This document shows, in pieces, positions 26,080 through 35,331 of a stretch of DNA of 56,269 bases. The notes under the pieces are model-generated. The model searched no databases. It worked only from the letters and a program-made list of their open reading frames with translations, and had not been told where the DNA came from. The stretch covers positions 1 through 56,269 of the forward strand of contig JAZKEP010000183.1 in assembly GCA_040387015.1 (NCBI GenBank), read 5' to 3'. How positions within the stretch are numbered: the stretch's first letter is position 1; every line of letters starts with the position of its first letter. Both the position numbers and the translations under genes were made by a program. The stretch comes from Bacteroidota bacterium (GTDB taxonomy: Bacteria; Bacteroidota; Bacteroidia; Chitinophagales; LD1).

Positions 26080-28032
26080 ATGGCTGAAAGCTATCGCGAC
26101 CACGGGCATAAGTTGTCCGCAGCTGGCACTCTCATTAGCTTGGGGATTATTTTTGGCGACATTGGTACCTCCCCGCTTTATGTGATGAACGCCATTTTGA
26201 GCGGCCACGATATTTCGAAGGAGCTGGTGATGGGCGGTTTATCGTGCGTTATCTGGACACTGATAATTATTACCACTGTCAAGTATGTTTTTCTGGCGCT
26301 GAATGCCGATAACAAAGGTGAAGGAGGAATTTTTGCATTATACGCTTTGGTGCGCAGGTATAAAGTTACCTGGACTATCTTTCCTGCTATTATAGGTTGC
26401 GCTGCGCTTATTGCCGATGGCTTTATTACCCCACCCATTTCAATTTCATCGGCTGTGGAAGGTTTAAAAATTCTGAACCCCGACATTCCTACGGTACCGA
26501 TTGTGCTTATTATTCTTACCGGGTTGTTTCTTTTTCAGCAGTTCGGAACCAAAGTAATTGGCGGCATTTTCGGTCCCGTTATGTTCATTTGGTTTTCGAT
26601 GATCGGTTTTTTCGGGGTGCGAGAAATCATTAACTATCCCGAGGTACTGCAGGCGTTCAATCCAGTGTATGCTTTTAACCTGCTGGTTTTATATCCCGGG
26701 GGTTTCTGGTTGCTGGGTGCGGTGTTTCTTTGCACTACAGGGGGCGAGGCTCTTTATTCTGACTTGGGCCATTGCGGCAAATCGAACATTCGCGTAAGCT
26801 GGGGTTTTGTACTGATTATGTTGCTGCTGAATTACTTTGGCCAGTCGGCACATTTGCTTCATCATTTCAACGGACAGCATTGGCCCGAAAATCAATCTAC
26901 TTTTTACAGCCTGATGCCGGATTGGTTTCTGCCCATAGGTATTGCCATTGCCACCTGCGCCACTATCATTGCTTCGCAGGCCTTAATTACCGGTTGTTTC
27001 ACCTTGGTAAACGAAGCCATGAAACTTCGCCTGTGGCCTAACCTGAAAGTAATTTATCCTTCAACGCTGCAAGGGCAGATTTATATTCCGGGCATCAACT
27101 GGTTTTTGTTTGTGGGTTGTATTGCCGTTGTGCTTTTGTTCCGCCAGGCAAGTAATATGGAAGCGGCTTACGGCTTGGCTATTACCATTGACATGATGAT
27201 GACCACCCTGCTGCTTACTTACTTAATGTATGTGCAGCGCAAACCAAGCTGGATAGTTTGGGGTTTGCCTATGGTGTTTCTTACCATTGAACTCTCGTTC
27301 TTCATTTCGAACATGTTGAAGTTTACGCACGGTGGTTGGTTTACCACTTTGATTGCATCGGCACTTTTCTTTGGCATGTGGATTATTTACCAGGCGCGCA
27401 TTATGCGTAAAAAGCACATTGAGTTTGTAGAGATTAAAGATTACATCGCCCCGCTCAAGGAGCTGATGCATGACGAAACTATTCCGAAGGAAACGAACAA
27501 CCTGGTTTACCTGGCTATGGCGAACGATAAAAGCCATATCGATTCAAACATTATCTATTCTATTTTCCGTAAGCGGCCTAAGCGCGCTGATATTTACTGG
27601 TTTGTGCATGTTGATATTACCAACGAGCCTTTTGGTGCCAGTTATGCGGTGGAGGCTGTGGTGCCACGGAGGATTTTCTTTGTGCGCGTTAACTTCGGGT
27701 TTAAGGTAGACCATAAAGTAAACCTGATGTTCAACAAAATTGTGGAGGAGATGGTAAAGAGCGGTGAGGTAGATGAGCTGTCGCACTATCCTTCGCTGCG
27801 CAAATACAATATGCCTGCCGACTTTAAGTTTATTCTGCTCAACAGCCGCGTGGCCATTGACGATGCCCTTACCCCGCTGGAGCAGTTTATTGTAAAAGGC
27901 TACCGCTTTATAAAAAGTATCTCCCTTTCTACAGCCGAAGACTTTGGCCTTGAGCTAACCAACGTGGAAGAAGAAACGGTTCCTATCCGTATTAAGGCTT
28001 CCAGCAAGATTGATTTGAAGCGGGTGCGGTAA
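26080..28032 (+). CDS. kup: KUP/HAK/KT potassium uptake transporter
   Basis: 650-aa ORF with the N-terminal signature LSLGIIFGDIGTSPLYV, GGEALYSDLGHCG, a 12-TM core and a cytoplasmic C-terminal domain. Confidence 0.9.
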   Translation: MAESYRDHGHKLSAAGTLISLGIIFGDIGTSPLYVMNAILSGHDISKELVMGGLSCVIWTLIIITTVKYVFLALNADNKGEGGIFALYALVRRYKVTWTIFPAIIGCAALIADGFITPPISISSAVEGLKILNPDIPTVPIVLIILTGLFLFQQFGTKVIGGIFGPVMFIWFSMIGFFGVREIINYPEVLQAFNPVYAFNLLVLYPGGFWLLGAVFLCTTGGEALYSDLGHCGKSNIRVSWGFVLIMLLLNYFGQSAHLLHHFNGQHWPENQSTFYSLMPDWFLPIGIAIATCATIIASQALITGCFTLVNEAMKLRLWPNLKVIYPSTLQGQIYIPGINWFLFVGCIAVVLLFRQASNMEAAYGLAITIDMMMTTLLLTYLMYVQRKPSWIVWGLPMVFLTIELSFFISNMLKFTHGGWFTTLIASALFFGMWIIYQARIMRKKHIEFVEIKDYIAPLKELMHDETIPKETNNLVYLAMANDKSHIDSNIIYSIFRKRPKRADIYWFVHVDITNEPFGASYAVEAVVPRRIFFVRVNFGFKVDHKVNLMFNKIVEEMVKSGEVDELSHYPSLRKYNMPADFKFILLNSRVAIDDALTPLEQFIVKGYRFIKSISLSTAEDFGLELTNVEEETVPIRIKASSKIDLKRVR

Positions 28033-28082
28033 AGTAATTTGGGAATTTGAAGGAAGGGCGGTTCCTTTATAAAGGCTTCTCT

Positions 28083-28469
28083 TTAAAGTATTTCGTGGTC
28101 GCCCAGCTCCTTGGTGAGCTTGGTAAAACCAATCACTTCACCGTCATCGTTATGCAGGGCGGTAATTAGAATACTTCCCCAGAATAGCTTACCACCTTTG
28201 CGCACTCTTTGACCAATGTGGCGGGCACGTCCTTCTTTAATAGCCAGCGCAATCAGCTGCTCGGGCAGGTTCTCCTGCCGGTCGCGCGGCAAATAAAAAA
28301 TACGGAAGTTCTGACCTATTATCTCTTCTGCCTTATAACCCTTAATTGCTTCTGCGCCTTTGTTCCAGGTAAGAATGGTGCCGTCAGCGTCCATCAGGAT
28401 AATGGCATAATCCTGCACTTCTTCAATCATTTTTTTGTGCAGCATTTCGAGTTTTTCGGCTAATTCCAT
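28083..28469 (-). CDS. stand-alone PAS domain protein
   Basis: 128-aa ORF. AIILMDADGTILTWNKGAEAIKGYKAEEIIGQNF...GEVIGFTKLTKEL is a typical PAS S-box pattern. Confidence 0.75.
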   Translation of the reverse strand: MELAEKLEMLHKKMIEEVQDYAIILMDADGTILTWNKGAEAIKGYKAEEIIGQNFRIFYLPRDRQENLPEQLIALAIKEGRARHIGQRVRKGGKLFWGSILITALHNDDGEVIGFTKLTKELGDHEIL

Positions 28470-28479
28470 GTTATACTCG

Positions 28480-28487
28480 CAAATTTA
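28480..28487 (-). promoter_or_regulatory. TAnnTTTG -7 box candidate (TAAATTTG on minus strand) for the PAS gene
   Basis: Plus strand CAAATTTA, with 10 nt between the box and the ATG at 28469. Confidence 0.35.
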
Positions 28488-28988
28488 ATGCGAAGATGTA
28501 TTTTTCTGCTTATGTTTATATCTTTTTGGGTAGAAGATGATAGAAGCATTGTCCAATGTCGCGGTGTTTTCATTCATAGCCTTCGGCCGAAACCTGCGCT
28601 AATGACATTATGCTAGTAAGGCTTTATCCATAGCTATAAAACTCCTGTTTTAATACTGAAATACTCAAAAAGCAATCAAAAGGGATGTTTTTTGAGCTAT
28701 GAACAAGCACTTACATCCTTCAGAGATTTATAAATACTAACCGATTAGTAACTAAAATACGAATATATCTGTATTTAATTCAAAAATATCTGACTTATTT
28801 CTGAATTACATATACTAAATTGTGAAAATAAGACTATCATATTTGTTTACTGATTTAGTATTTTTAAAAACAAAGCTACTATGTTTAAAATAGATATTAG
28901 TAAATTCATAAATTCTTAGTGAATATACATAAAAAATAGTAGAATATTTGAATAAAGAATCTATATTAGCCACTTAAACTCAAGCCCA

Positions 28989-29411
28989 ATGGCAAAGCGC
29001 ACCATCCGCATTCCCTTATTCCCGAACAAGATTGATAAGTTTATCGAGCTGATGAAAAGTGTGGTAGCCGAGCACGAAAACCAGGGAGCCTCCAGCCCTT
29101 TAAGCGATCCCTCCTTTATGGATATGGCAGACTTTAAAGCAAAGGTGCTTCAGGCAGAGACATTGCGCAGAGAAAGCATTGAAGCCCGGGCCACAGCCGA
29201 AGCTAAGATGCATGAGGCAAAGCAACTGCTGGGTATTGGTGTAGGACAAACCATTGACTCCGATACGCATCTTTATCATCATCTGAACCGAATAAAAGGA
29301 TTGCTGCTGGCAAAGTTTGCCTATGTGCCGAAAGAATTATGCTTGTTTGGCTTTGAAGTAATAATAGGTACTGCCAAAGGAGTAGGCAGGCCGGGGAAGA
29401 AGAAGGAATGA
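28989..29411 (+). CDS. hypothetical protein
   Basis: 140-aa ORF following a ~520-bp very AT-rich gap. No recognised motif. Confidence 0.45.
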   Translation: MAKRTIRIPLFPNKIDKFIELMKSVVAEHENQGASSPLSDPSFMDMADFKAKVLQAETLRRESIEARATAEAKMHEAKQLLGIGVGQTIDSDTHLYHHLNRIKGLLLAKFAYVPKELCLFGFEVIIGTAKGVGRPGKKKE

Positions 29412-29441
29412 GATAATTTGAGAATTCGAGAATGGGAGTAT

Positions 29442-30227
29442 TTACAACCCGTTGAAAGAAATACCCACCGCAAACTCGTTGGCTTTAGGGCCAAAGTCTT
29501 TTTTGAAAACTCCGAGAACACCGTAGTAAGCAGTAATATTAAAGCTGCTGTAGCCAAAGCGGAAAGTAGGGCCCATTCTCCAAAGGCTGAAATCAGGATA
29601 TCTGCGCTCCACGTTCACTTTCACCTCGTTGTTTATTTTGGTTTTGGTTTTAGTATGCGCATCCAAGCGAATACCGCCCTTGAAACCTATAGCAAACTTA
29701 AAGCAGTTATTAAACTTATCGGGGTTGGTTCTTATTCTAAGCTCCAGCGGAATATCGAAATATTGCAAGGTCACTTTGTTCACCTTATAATCGCTCGGGT
29801 TAGCCAGCGGCTCAAAGTGACTGCCGGCAGAATCCTCCACCAAACCGTGGCGGCTGTAAATATTCGAGCAGCTATAACCAATGCCGGGCGCAAAGCTGAC
29901 GCGGGATTTCTTAAACCTGAAATCCCAGTAGAAATAAATATTAATGCCGCGCGAATACCATTTTGTTTTCAGGCCGTTCATGCCCGGGTCAGTGCTTTTG
30001 TAAATCCAGTTGGTGCCCATAAAATCAACAGCAAAGCGGTCTTTCGAAAACTTCTGATACTTCTTTTCTATTTCGGCTCTTCTTTTCTGACGGGCAGCTT
30101 TCTCAGCAATCTCCTCAGCTGTCATTTCCCTTTTCTTCTTCTCTGTCTTTACCGAATCAACCTCCGAAGCAAAGGCTACACCGGTGCTCAACAACAAAAA
30201 GGCAATGAGTAATTTCTTCATATTCAA
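29442..30227 (-). CDS. outer-membrane beta-barrel protein (PorT-like/OMP_b-brl family)
   Basis: Signal peptide MKKLLIAFLLLSTGVAFA, a charged linker, then alternating aromatic and hydrophobic beta-strand patterns. Preferred over the equally long antisense ORF at 29418-30212. Confidence 0.7.
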   Translation of the reverse strand: MNMKKLLIAFLLLSTGVAFASEVDSVKTEKKKREMTAEEIAEKAARQKRRAEIEKKYQKFSKDRFAVDFMGTNWIYKSTDPGMNGLKTKWYSRGINIYFYWDFRFKKSRVSFAPGIGYSCSNIYSRHGLVEDSAGSHFEPLANPSDYKVNKVTLQYFDIPLELRIRTNPDKFNNCFKFAIGFKGGIRLDAHTKTKTKINNEVKVNVERRYPDFSLWRMGPTFRFGYSSFNITAYYGVLGVFKKDFGPKANEFAVGISFNGL

Positions 30228-30250
30228 AAAATTGGCTTTAAAACGAGCGG

Positions 30251-30258
30251 CAAATGTA
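30251..30258 (-). promoter_or_regulatory. TAnnTTTG -7 box candidate (TACATTTG on minus strand) for the OMP gene
   Basis: Plus strand CAAATGTA, 23 nt upstream of the ATG at 30227. Confidence 0.35.
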
Positions 30259-30295
30259 ATTATTGTTGGGAATGAGAAGCTATCTCAAAAGGGGT

Positions 30296-30393
30296 GTCAT
30301 GCTGAATGGAGGTTTTGCGGAATGAAGCATCTTGTATTGGAATAATACGAAATACAAGATTCCTCGTTTTGCAAAGCCAAAACTCGGAATGAC
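30296..30393. repeat. inverted pair of the ~44-nt REP-like element forming a long hairpin 5 nt downstream of the nadE stop (probable terminator)
   Basis: The left arm is 30296-30339 and the right arm is 30351-30393. The inner stem ATCTTGTATT/AATACAAGAT is perfect. The outer arms are imperfectly complementary and belong to the same family as 7895-7938. Confidence 0.6.
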
Positions 30394-30398
30394 AAATC

Positions 30399-32036
30399 TT
30401 AGCCTAAGTATTTCCCTTCAATATTCATCCGTCTTCCCATACCAAAGGCCTTTGGCGACACGCGGAGAATAGGTGGAGTTTGAGCGCGTTTCCATTCGCT
30501 GCCGTTTACCAGTTTGAGCACGCGGTCAACTAAAGGCTTTTCAAAACCCATTGCCATAAGCTCCTTAGGCCCTTGTCGTTTTTCGATATACTGAAAAAGA
30601 ATCTTGTCGAGAATATCATACTCTGGAAGCGAATCAGAATCCTTTTGATTATGCCGCAACTCAGCCGAAGGTGGTTTGGCAATTATGTTTCCAGGAATTA
30701 TTTCTTCGTTCCTGTTAATGTAATTGGCCAACTCGTATACCTGTGTTTTGTAAACATCGCCCAGCACCGCCAGCCCGCCACACATATCGCCATACAAAGT
30801 TCCGTAGCCGACAGCGGCTTCGCTTTTATTGGTGGTGTTCAAAAGAATGTAACCAAACTTATTACTGAAAGCCATTAGCAATACTCCGCGCACTCGCGCC
30901 TGCAAATTCTCTTCCGCCACATTAAAAGGCAGGTCTTTGAAGAAAGGCTTAAGCGTTTCGATAAATGCCTGGTAATTATTTTCAATAGGAATGGTTTCAA
31001 ACTTCGTTGCCAGGTTTTGGCAAAGCTGTTTGGCATCATCCAAAGAATGGCTGGTAGAAAAACCCGAAGGAAGAAGAAGGGACATTACATTTTCCTTTCC
31101 CAAAGCCTGGCTGGCCAGGTATAAAACAAGGGCCGAGTCAATGCCTCCGCTTAAACCGAGAATAGCTTTCTTAAAACCAAGTTTAGCAAAGTAATCGCGA
31201 ATGCCAAGGATGAGCGCGTCATGTATGAAACAGATGGCGGATGACGGATGACAGATGACGGATGATGCAGAACCTGCAACCTGCAACTTGTAACTTGCAA
31301 CCGTTTCTGTAAAGAAAGGAAGCTGCTCCACCACTTCTCCCTTCTCATTCATCACCACACTTCCTCCATCAAATATCAATTCGGTTTGCGCGCCCACCTG
31401 GTTTACGTACACCATCGGAATTTTATAGCGTTCTACATTCGCGCGAATCACTTTAAGCCGCTCCTCATGCTGCACATAACTAAATGGCGAAGCAGAAAGG
31501 TTAATCATCAAATCGGGCGAGTGCTTTATCAACTCATCCATCGGGCAAATGGTGTAAAGCGGATTATCGTTACCTACGTTCCAGATGTCCTCGCAAATAG
31601 TAACCGCTAACTTTTTACCCTTGAAGTGGATGATTTCAAATTTCTTATTGGGTTCAAAGTACCGGTACTCATCAAAGATGTCGTAGGTAGGCAAAAGGGT
31701 TTTGTCAATTATCTGCTTCACCTCGCCTTCGTGAATAAAGAAAGCCGAGTTGAATAAATCTTTTCCCTCTTTCACCGCATTCTTTCGCGGACAGCCCACC
31801 AGCACTGCTACTTGAGTAGTGTGCGTTGCAATTTCGGTAATGGCATTATTGCATTGTGTAAGAAAATCTTCAAACTCCAGAAAGTCGCGGGCCGGATACC
31901 CGCAAATACTCTGCTCGCTGAAAACAATCAGGTCAGCGCTTTGTTTCTCCGCCTCTTGAATAGCAGAAATAATCTTTTGAGTATTGGAAGAAAAATTCCC
32001 AACGTGGTAGTTAAGTTGGGCCAGAACGATTTTCAT
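30399..32036 (-). CDS. nadE: glutamine-dependent NAD+ synthetase
   Basis: 545-aa ORF. The N-terminal CN-hydrolase domain shows MKIVLAQLN..., FSEQSICGYP and AVTICED. The C-terminal NAD synthetase domain carries the SGGIDS P-loop (GLSGGIDSAL). Confidence 0.9.
   Translation of the reverse strand: MKIVLAQLNYHVGNFSSNTQKIISAIQEAEKQSADLIVFSEQSICGYPARDFLEFEDFLTQCNNAITEIATHTTQVAVLVGCPRKNAVKEGKDLFNSAFFIHEGEVKQIIDKTLLPTYDIFDEYRYFEPNKKFEIIHFKGKKLAVTICEDIWNVGNDNPLYTICPMDELIKHSPDLMINLSASPFSYVQHEERLKVIRANVERYKIPMVYVNQVGAQTELIFDGGSVVMNEKGEVVEQLPFFTETVASYKLQVAGSASSVICHPSSAICFIHDALILGIRDYFAKLGFKKAILGLSGGIDSALVLYLASQALGKENVMSLLLPSGFSTSHSLDDAKQLCQNLATKFETIPIENNYQAFIETLKPFFKDLPFNVAEENLQARVRGVLLMAFSNKFGYILLNTTNKSEAAVGYGTLYGDMCGGLAVLGDVYKTQVYELANYINRNEEIIPGNIIAKPPSAELRHNQKDSDSLPEYDILDKILFQYIEKRQGPKELMAMGFEKPLVDRVLKLVNGSEWKRAQTPPILRVSPKAFGMGRRMNIEGKYLG
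31233..31304. repeat. two adjacent blocks of five tandem heptanucleotides inside nadE
   Basis: Block one is GATGGCG GATGACG GATGACA GATGACG GATGATG (31233-31267). Block two is AACCTGC AACCTGC AACTTGT AACTTGC AACCGTT (31270-31304). Confidence 0.85.
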
Positions 32037-32049
32037 GCGGCAAATATCA

Positions 32050-32778
32050 CTAAAACAAAATACCCATTCTTAAACTCATCATGCGCATAACGTTGGGTTC
32101 TTTCTTGGCATCGTGGTCAAACAGATTATTGATAAACCCGTTATGGTAAAATAATCCCGCCACTAAGGATGTCCGTTTGTCAAAGCGATATTCAAACCCT
32201 GCACCGGCTCCAATTCGAATATCAAAGAAGTTTGCCCAAAAATCGGGAATGGCATTGTTCACTTCATTCTTCCTTTTCAGAATGTTCTCTTTTTCAATCA
32301 GAACTTTGGTTCCATAAAAGGTGGGAATAGAATCGCTAAAGTTAGCGCGGGCACTAACGGTTAGGTTAATGGTGAACCCCACTTGCCCCCAAACAGAAAA
32401 TTTTCCTTCCTTAATGTCGTTGGTTTTTAATTTTAAGTAAGCCGGAACCTCAACATAATGGAAAAGGTACTTCTCATTTATTGACCTCACTTTAATACCA
32501 TTTACATTTTCAAATAGTTCTCTTCCTTTAATATTAAATCCATCAAATGCCCCGTTAATGCCGGAAGCTAAACCGTAGTTTTTAGCGAACCAATACTCCA
32601 CTATAAAACCGTAGCTGGCACCAAAGCGTGGCTTACCTTTCTCCAAATCTTTTCCAAACGGTTTTGACCATGCAACACCGGGTGAAAACTGCAGGCCTAA
32701 ACGAACTCTGTCGTTTAGGGCAAAACCTTTACTGCCAATTGCAAGGAGAAATAACAGGGGAAGAAGTCGTTTAATCAT
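32050..32778 (-). CDS. outer-membrane beta-barrel protein (PorT-like/porin family)
   Basis: 242-aa ORF with a signal peptide (MIKRLLPLLFLLAIGSKGFA), alternating beta-strand pattern and a C-terminal aromatic residue (..RMGILF). Confidence 0.7.
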   Translation of the reverse strand: MIKRLLPLLFLLAIGSKGFALNDRVRLGLQFSPGVAWSKPFGKDLEKGKPRFGASYGFIVEYWFAKNYGLASGINGAFDGFNIKGRELFENVNGIKVRSINEKYLFHYVEVPAYLKLKTNDIKEGKFSVWGQVGFTINLTVSARANFSDSIPTFYGTKVLIEKENILKRKNEVNNAIPDFWANFFDIRIGAGAGFEYRFDKRTSLVAGLFYHNGFINNLFDHDAKKEPNVMRMMSLRMGILF

Positions 32779-32822
32779 GGTGTTGGATTATTTTGAATTC
32801 AATTTTCGCATTTTCGCACAAT

Positions 32823-33881
32823 ATGAAAAACATCAGTTGTATTGCTATTTCACTTATTCTGATTTCGCTGACAAGTTGTAACGGATGCAATAAAAACAAA
32901 AGTAGAGAAAAACCCGATGTCTCGAATATAAAAGCAGATGTTCATTTATTACGCTTTGATCAGGACCTGTTTTTGTTGAAGGAGAATAACTTTAAGGAGC
33001 ATCAGGAGTTAATGAAGAAGAAATATGGTGCATTCTATAATTTTTATGTAGATCAGTTTATAGTCGGCCCCAGACAGGCAGGTGACACAGCCAATATTGA
33101 AGAAGAGGCTGTAAAAAGATTTGTTACCGATGGATATATACAACGTTTGCAGGATTCTATTAACCTTCACTTTGCTGACACAAAAGGGTTGGAAGAAGAA
33201 CTTACACAGTCATTCAAGTATTTTAAATACCATTTTCCCGAAGCTACTATCCCGCAGGTGATTACTGTAAACTCAGGGTTTTCGCTGGGTGCATTTACCT
33301 ATGATAAAGATATTTTAGGAATCGGCCTCGACTTGTATCTGGGTGGCAATAACCCCGATTATGATAGTGCGGGAGTTTATGAATATGTACAACACAAAAT
33401 GAGTAGCGACTACATTGCCAGAAACTCTATGGAAGTGCTCTACAACTCCTACTTCAGTAATGAAGAGCTTTCACGGCAAAAGAATTTGATAGAGGCCATT
33501 GTGGATCAGGGTAAAAAATTGTACTTCCTCTCGTACGTTTTACCGGATGCTCCCGATAGCCTGATTTTAGGCTTTACTCAAAAACAAACAGATTGGTGTG
33601 AAAAGAGCGAATATGAAATCTGGAAGTTCATGAATGACAAGGATCTTCTTTATAAAAGCAACTTCATGGATCAAAAACGATATTTAGATGAGGGCCCTAC
33701 AACTTCAGGAATGCCCGCGGAATCTCCGGGCACTATTGGAAACTGGATAGGATTACAGGTAGTAAGAAAGTTCATGAAGGAGTCAGGCAATAAAATTTCT
33801 TTGCATGATTTGGTCGTGAGGTATGACGGTAAAACAATTTTTGAAAAGGCAAAGTATCGTCCCTCAAAATCTGTTTTCTGA
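32823..33881 (+). CDS. gldB: gliding motility lipoprotein GldB
   Basis: Start chosen at MKNISCIAISLILISLTSCNGC (lipoprotein signal with lipobox Cys). ESPGTIGNWIGLQVVRKFM and the C-terminal IFEKAKYRPSK match my recollection of Flavobacterium GldB. Adjacency to nadE is also seen there. Confidence 0.7.
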   Translation: MKNISCIAISLILISLTSCNGCNKNKSREKPDVSNIKADVHLLRFDQDLFLLKENNFKEHQELMKKKYGAFYNFYVDQFIVGPRQAGDTANIEEEAVKRFVTDGYIQRLQDSINLHFADTKGLEEELTQSFKYFKYHFPEATIPQVITVNSGFSLGAFTYDKDILGIGLDLYLGGNNPDYDSAGVYEYVQHKMSSDYIARNSMEVLYNSYFSNEELSRQKNLIEAIVDQGKKLYFLSYVLPDAPDSLILGFTQKQTDWCEKSEYEIWKFMNDKDLLYKSNFMDQKRYLDEGPTTSGMPAESPGTIGNWIGLQVVRKFMKESGNKISLHDLVVRYDGKTIFEKAKYRPSKSVF

Positions 33882-33950
33882 GACTCAGACCCTCATGTCT
33901 TATACTTGCAAATTCTATATTTGAAAGGCCCGCAATTAAAAGTATAGATC

Positions 33951-34814
33951 ATGAGAGGACATAGCAGCAGCGAAAAGTGGCATAGTCGGTTATCCAGAAT
34001 TATTAACTCCACGGTTTGTTTTTCCTTGGCTTACATAGTTATCACGTATCTGTATTGGATTATCATGGGTATGGCGGGCAAAGTATTCGGATTCGACTCA
34101 TTCGTCTACTACTATGGCATTAAGTACATTCTTAATGATCGGGATTGGACAAGGTTGAGCGTCACTTTTCTTTACTCTTCAGGGTCCTTTTTCAGCTTAG
34201 TCTTTGGGCTAATGTCTTTCATTTCTTTTCATAAACTTAAAGGTGTAAAAACGCTGCTCAATGTTTTTTTTCTATGGGGATTTATAATTGGCACCTCCAT
34301 TTTTGCCTCTCAAAGTTTAATCGCTTCGCTTGGTGCCGGTGAATATCAATCACCTTTTTACCAAAACTTTGCCGTGATATATGCATGGTGGTATATCCCA
34401 GTTCCAGTCATATACTTATTGAATATCCCTTTCTTGTTCTTGTTTGCTCTTTTTGCAGTAAACTATGCAAAACCTTTCCAGCTATTGGCTTTTTCTTATT
34501 CAAAAGTGAATACCGAACGCAGAAAGAAAAGGTATTATGTGGAAACCGTAATTGTACCTTTTATTTTGGGAACGGGTATAACTACAACACTCACATTCCC
34601 TATGAATATTTTTGCTCATGTCATATATATCATGACCATTGCGGCAGGTTTGATGGTAGGATGGATTTCTTTGAGCTATATAGAAATTTCTAAGGACGAT
34701 ATTATTAGATATCCCAAACTTCAATCAATAAGTCCGCTTTTTCTCTTTTTATTATTGGTTCTTATCTTCTCTGTTTATACGGGCTGGAAGGGTATTAACT
34801 TATCCGTGAGATAA
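33951..34814 (+). CDS. hypothetical polytopic membrane protein
   Basis: 287-aa ORF with about 8 hydrophobic helices and no recognised motif. Confidence 0.55.
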   Translation: MRGHSSSEKWHSRLSRIINSTVCFSLAYIVITYLYWIIMGMAGKVFGFDSFVYYYGIKYILNDRDWTRLSVTFLYSSGSFFSLVFGLMSFISFHKLKGVKTLLNVFFLWGFIIGTSIFASQSLIASLGAGEYQSPFYQNFAVIYAWWYIPVPVIYLLNIPFLFLFALFAVNYAKPFQLLAFSYSKVNTERRKKRYYVETVIVPFILGTGITTTLTFPMNIFAHVIYIMTIAAGLMVGWISLSYIEISKDDIIRYPKLQSISPLFLFLLLVLIFSVYTGWKGINLSVR

Positions 34815-34836
34815 GTGATTGATTACTGATCAAAAT

Positions 34837-35331
34837 TCAGTTTGCGACTGCCTTAAGTTGATCTAACATATCCGAGCTTGTCCAATCGGCTACTCCAACT
34901 TTTGTAAAAACAATTTCTCTTTCAGCGTTTAGCACATAGCTGGTGGGGATGGTAAATATTCCATACTCGCTTAGTTTTTTTCCGGAGCGTAAAATCACCA
35001 TTGGTATTCCGCTTTGTTCATGAAAAGTCTGTAGCCGCGAGATTGGCTCATCCGAGATAAAAAGAAACTGAAAATTTTCCTTTTCAAGATTTGCCTCTAA
35101 ATTTATCAGCGAGGGAAACTCCTGTAAACAAGGGCCGCACCAGGTAGCAAAAAAATTGACAAACAGTTTCTTGCCTTTGAAGGCATCTATACTTACCGCC
35201 TTACCGCTTAAATCAGTAAGGGGAATAGACTCGAATTTTAACTTGGGTGCTACGCGGTATTTGTTGTAAAAAAATGCACCTGTAAGAACCGTTGCTATGA
35301 TCGCGATAATTGCAATCAGTTTATTTTTCAT
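34837..35331 (-). CDS. TlpA-like thiol:disulfide oxidoreductase (thioredoxin fold)
   Basis: 164-aa ORF with an N-terminal membrane anchor and a WCGPC active site in FFATWCGPCLQEFP. Confidence 0.8.
   Translation of the reverse strand: MKNKLIAIIAIIATVLTGAFFYNKYRVAPKLKFESIPLTDLSGKAVSIDAFKGKKLFVNFFATWCGPCLQEFPSLINLEANLEKENFQFLFISDEPISRLQTFHEQSGIPMVILRSGKKLSEYGIFTIPTSYVLNAEREIVFTKVGVADWTSSDMLDQLKAVAN

Noticed and set aside
28725-28765. AAATACTAACCGATTAGTAAC resembling units of the 6144-6400 array
   Set aside because: The CGA cores here are 18 nt apart, not 21, only one or two units could be aligned, and the region is low-complexity A/T. This is probably chance similarity.
29418-30212. 264-aa plus-strand ORF fully antisense to the 29442-30227 OMP gene
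   Set aside because: The minus-strand product has a clear signal peptide and beta-barrel strand pattern, plus a TAnnTTTG box upstream. The plus-strand product has no recognisable features.
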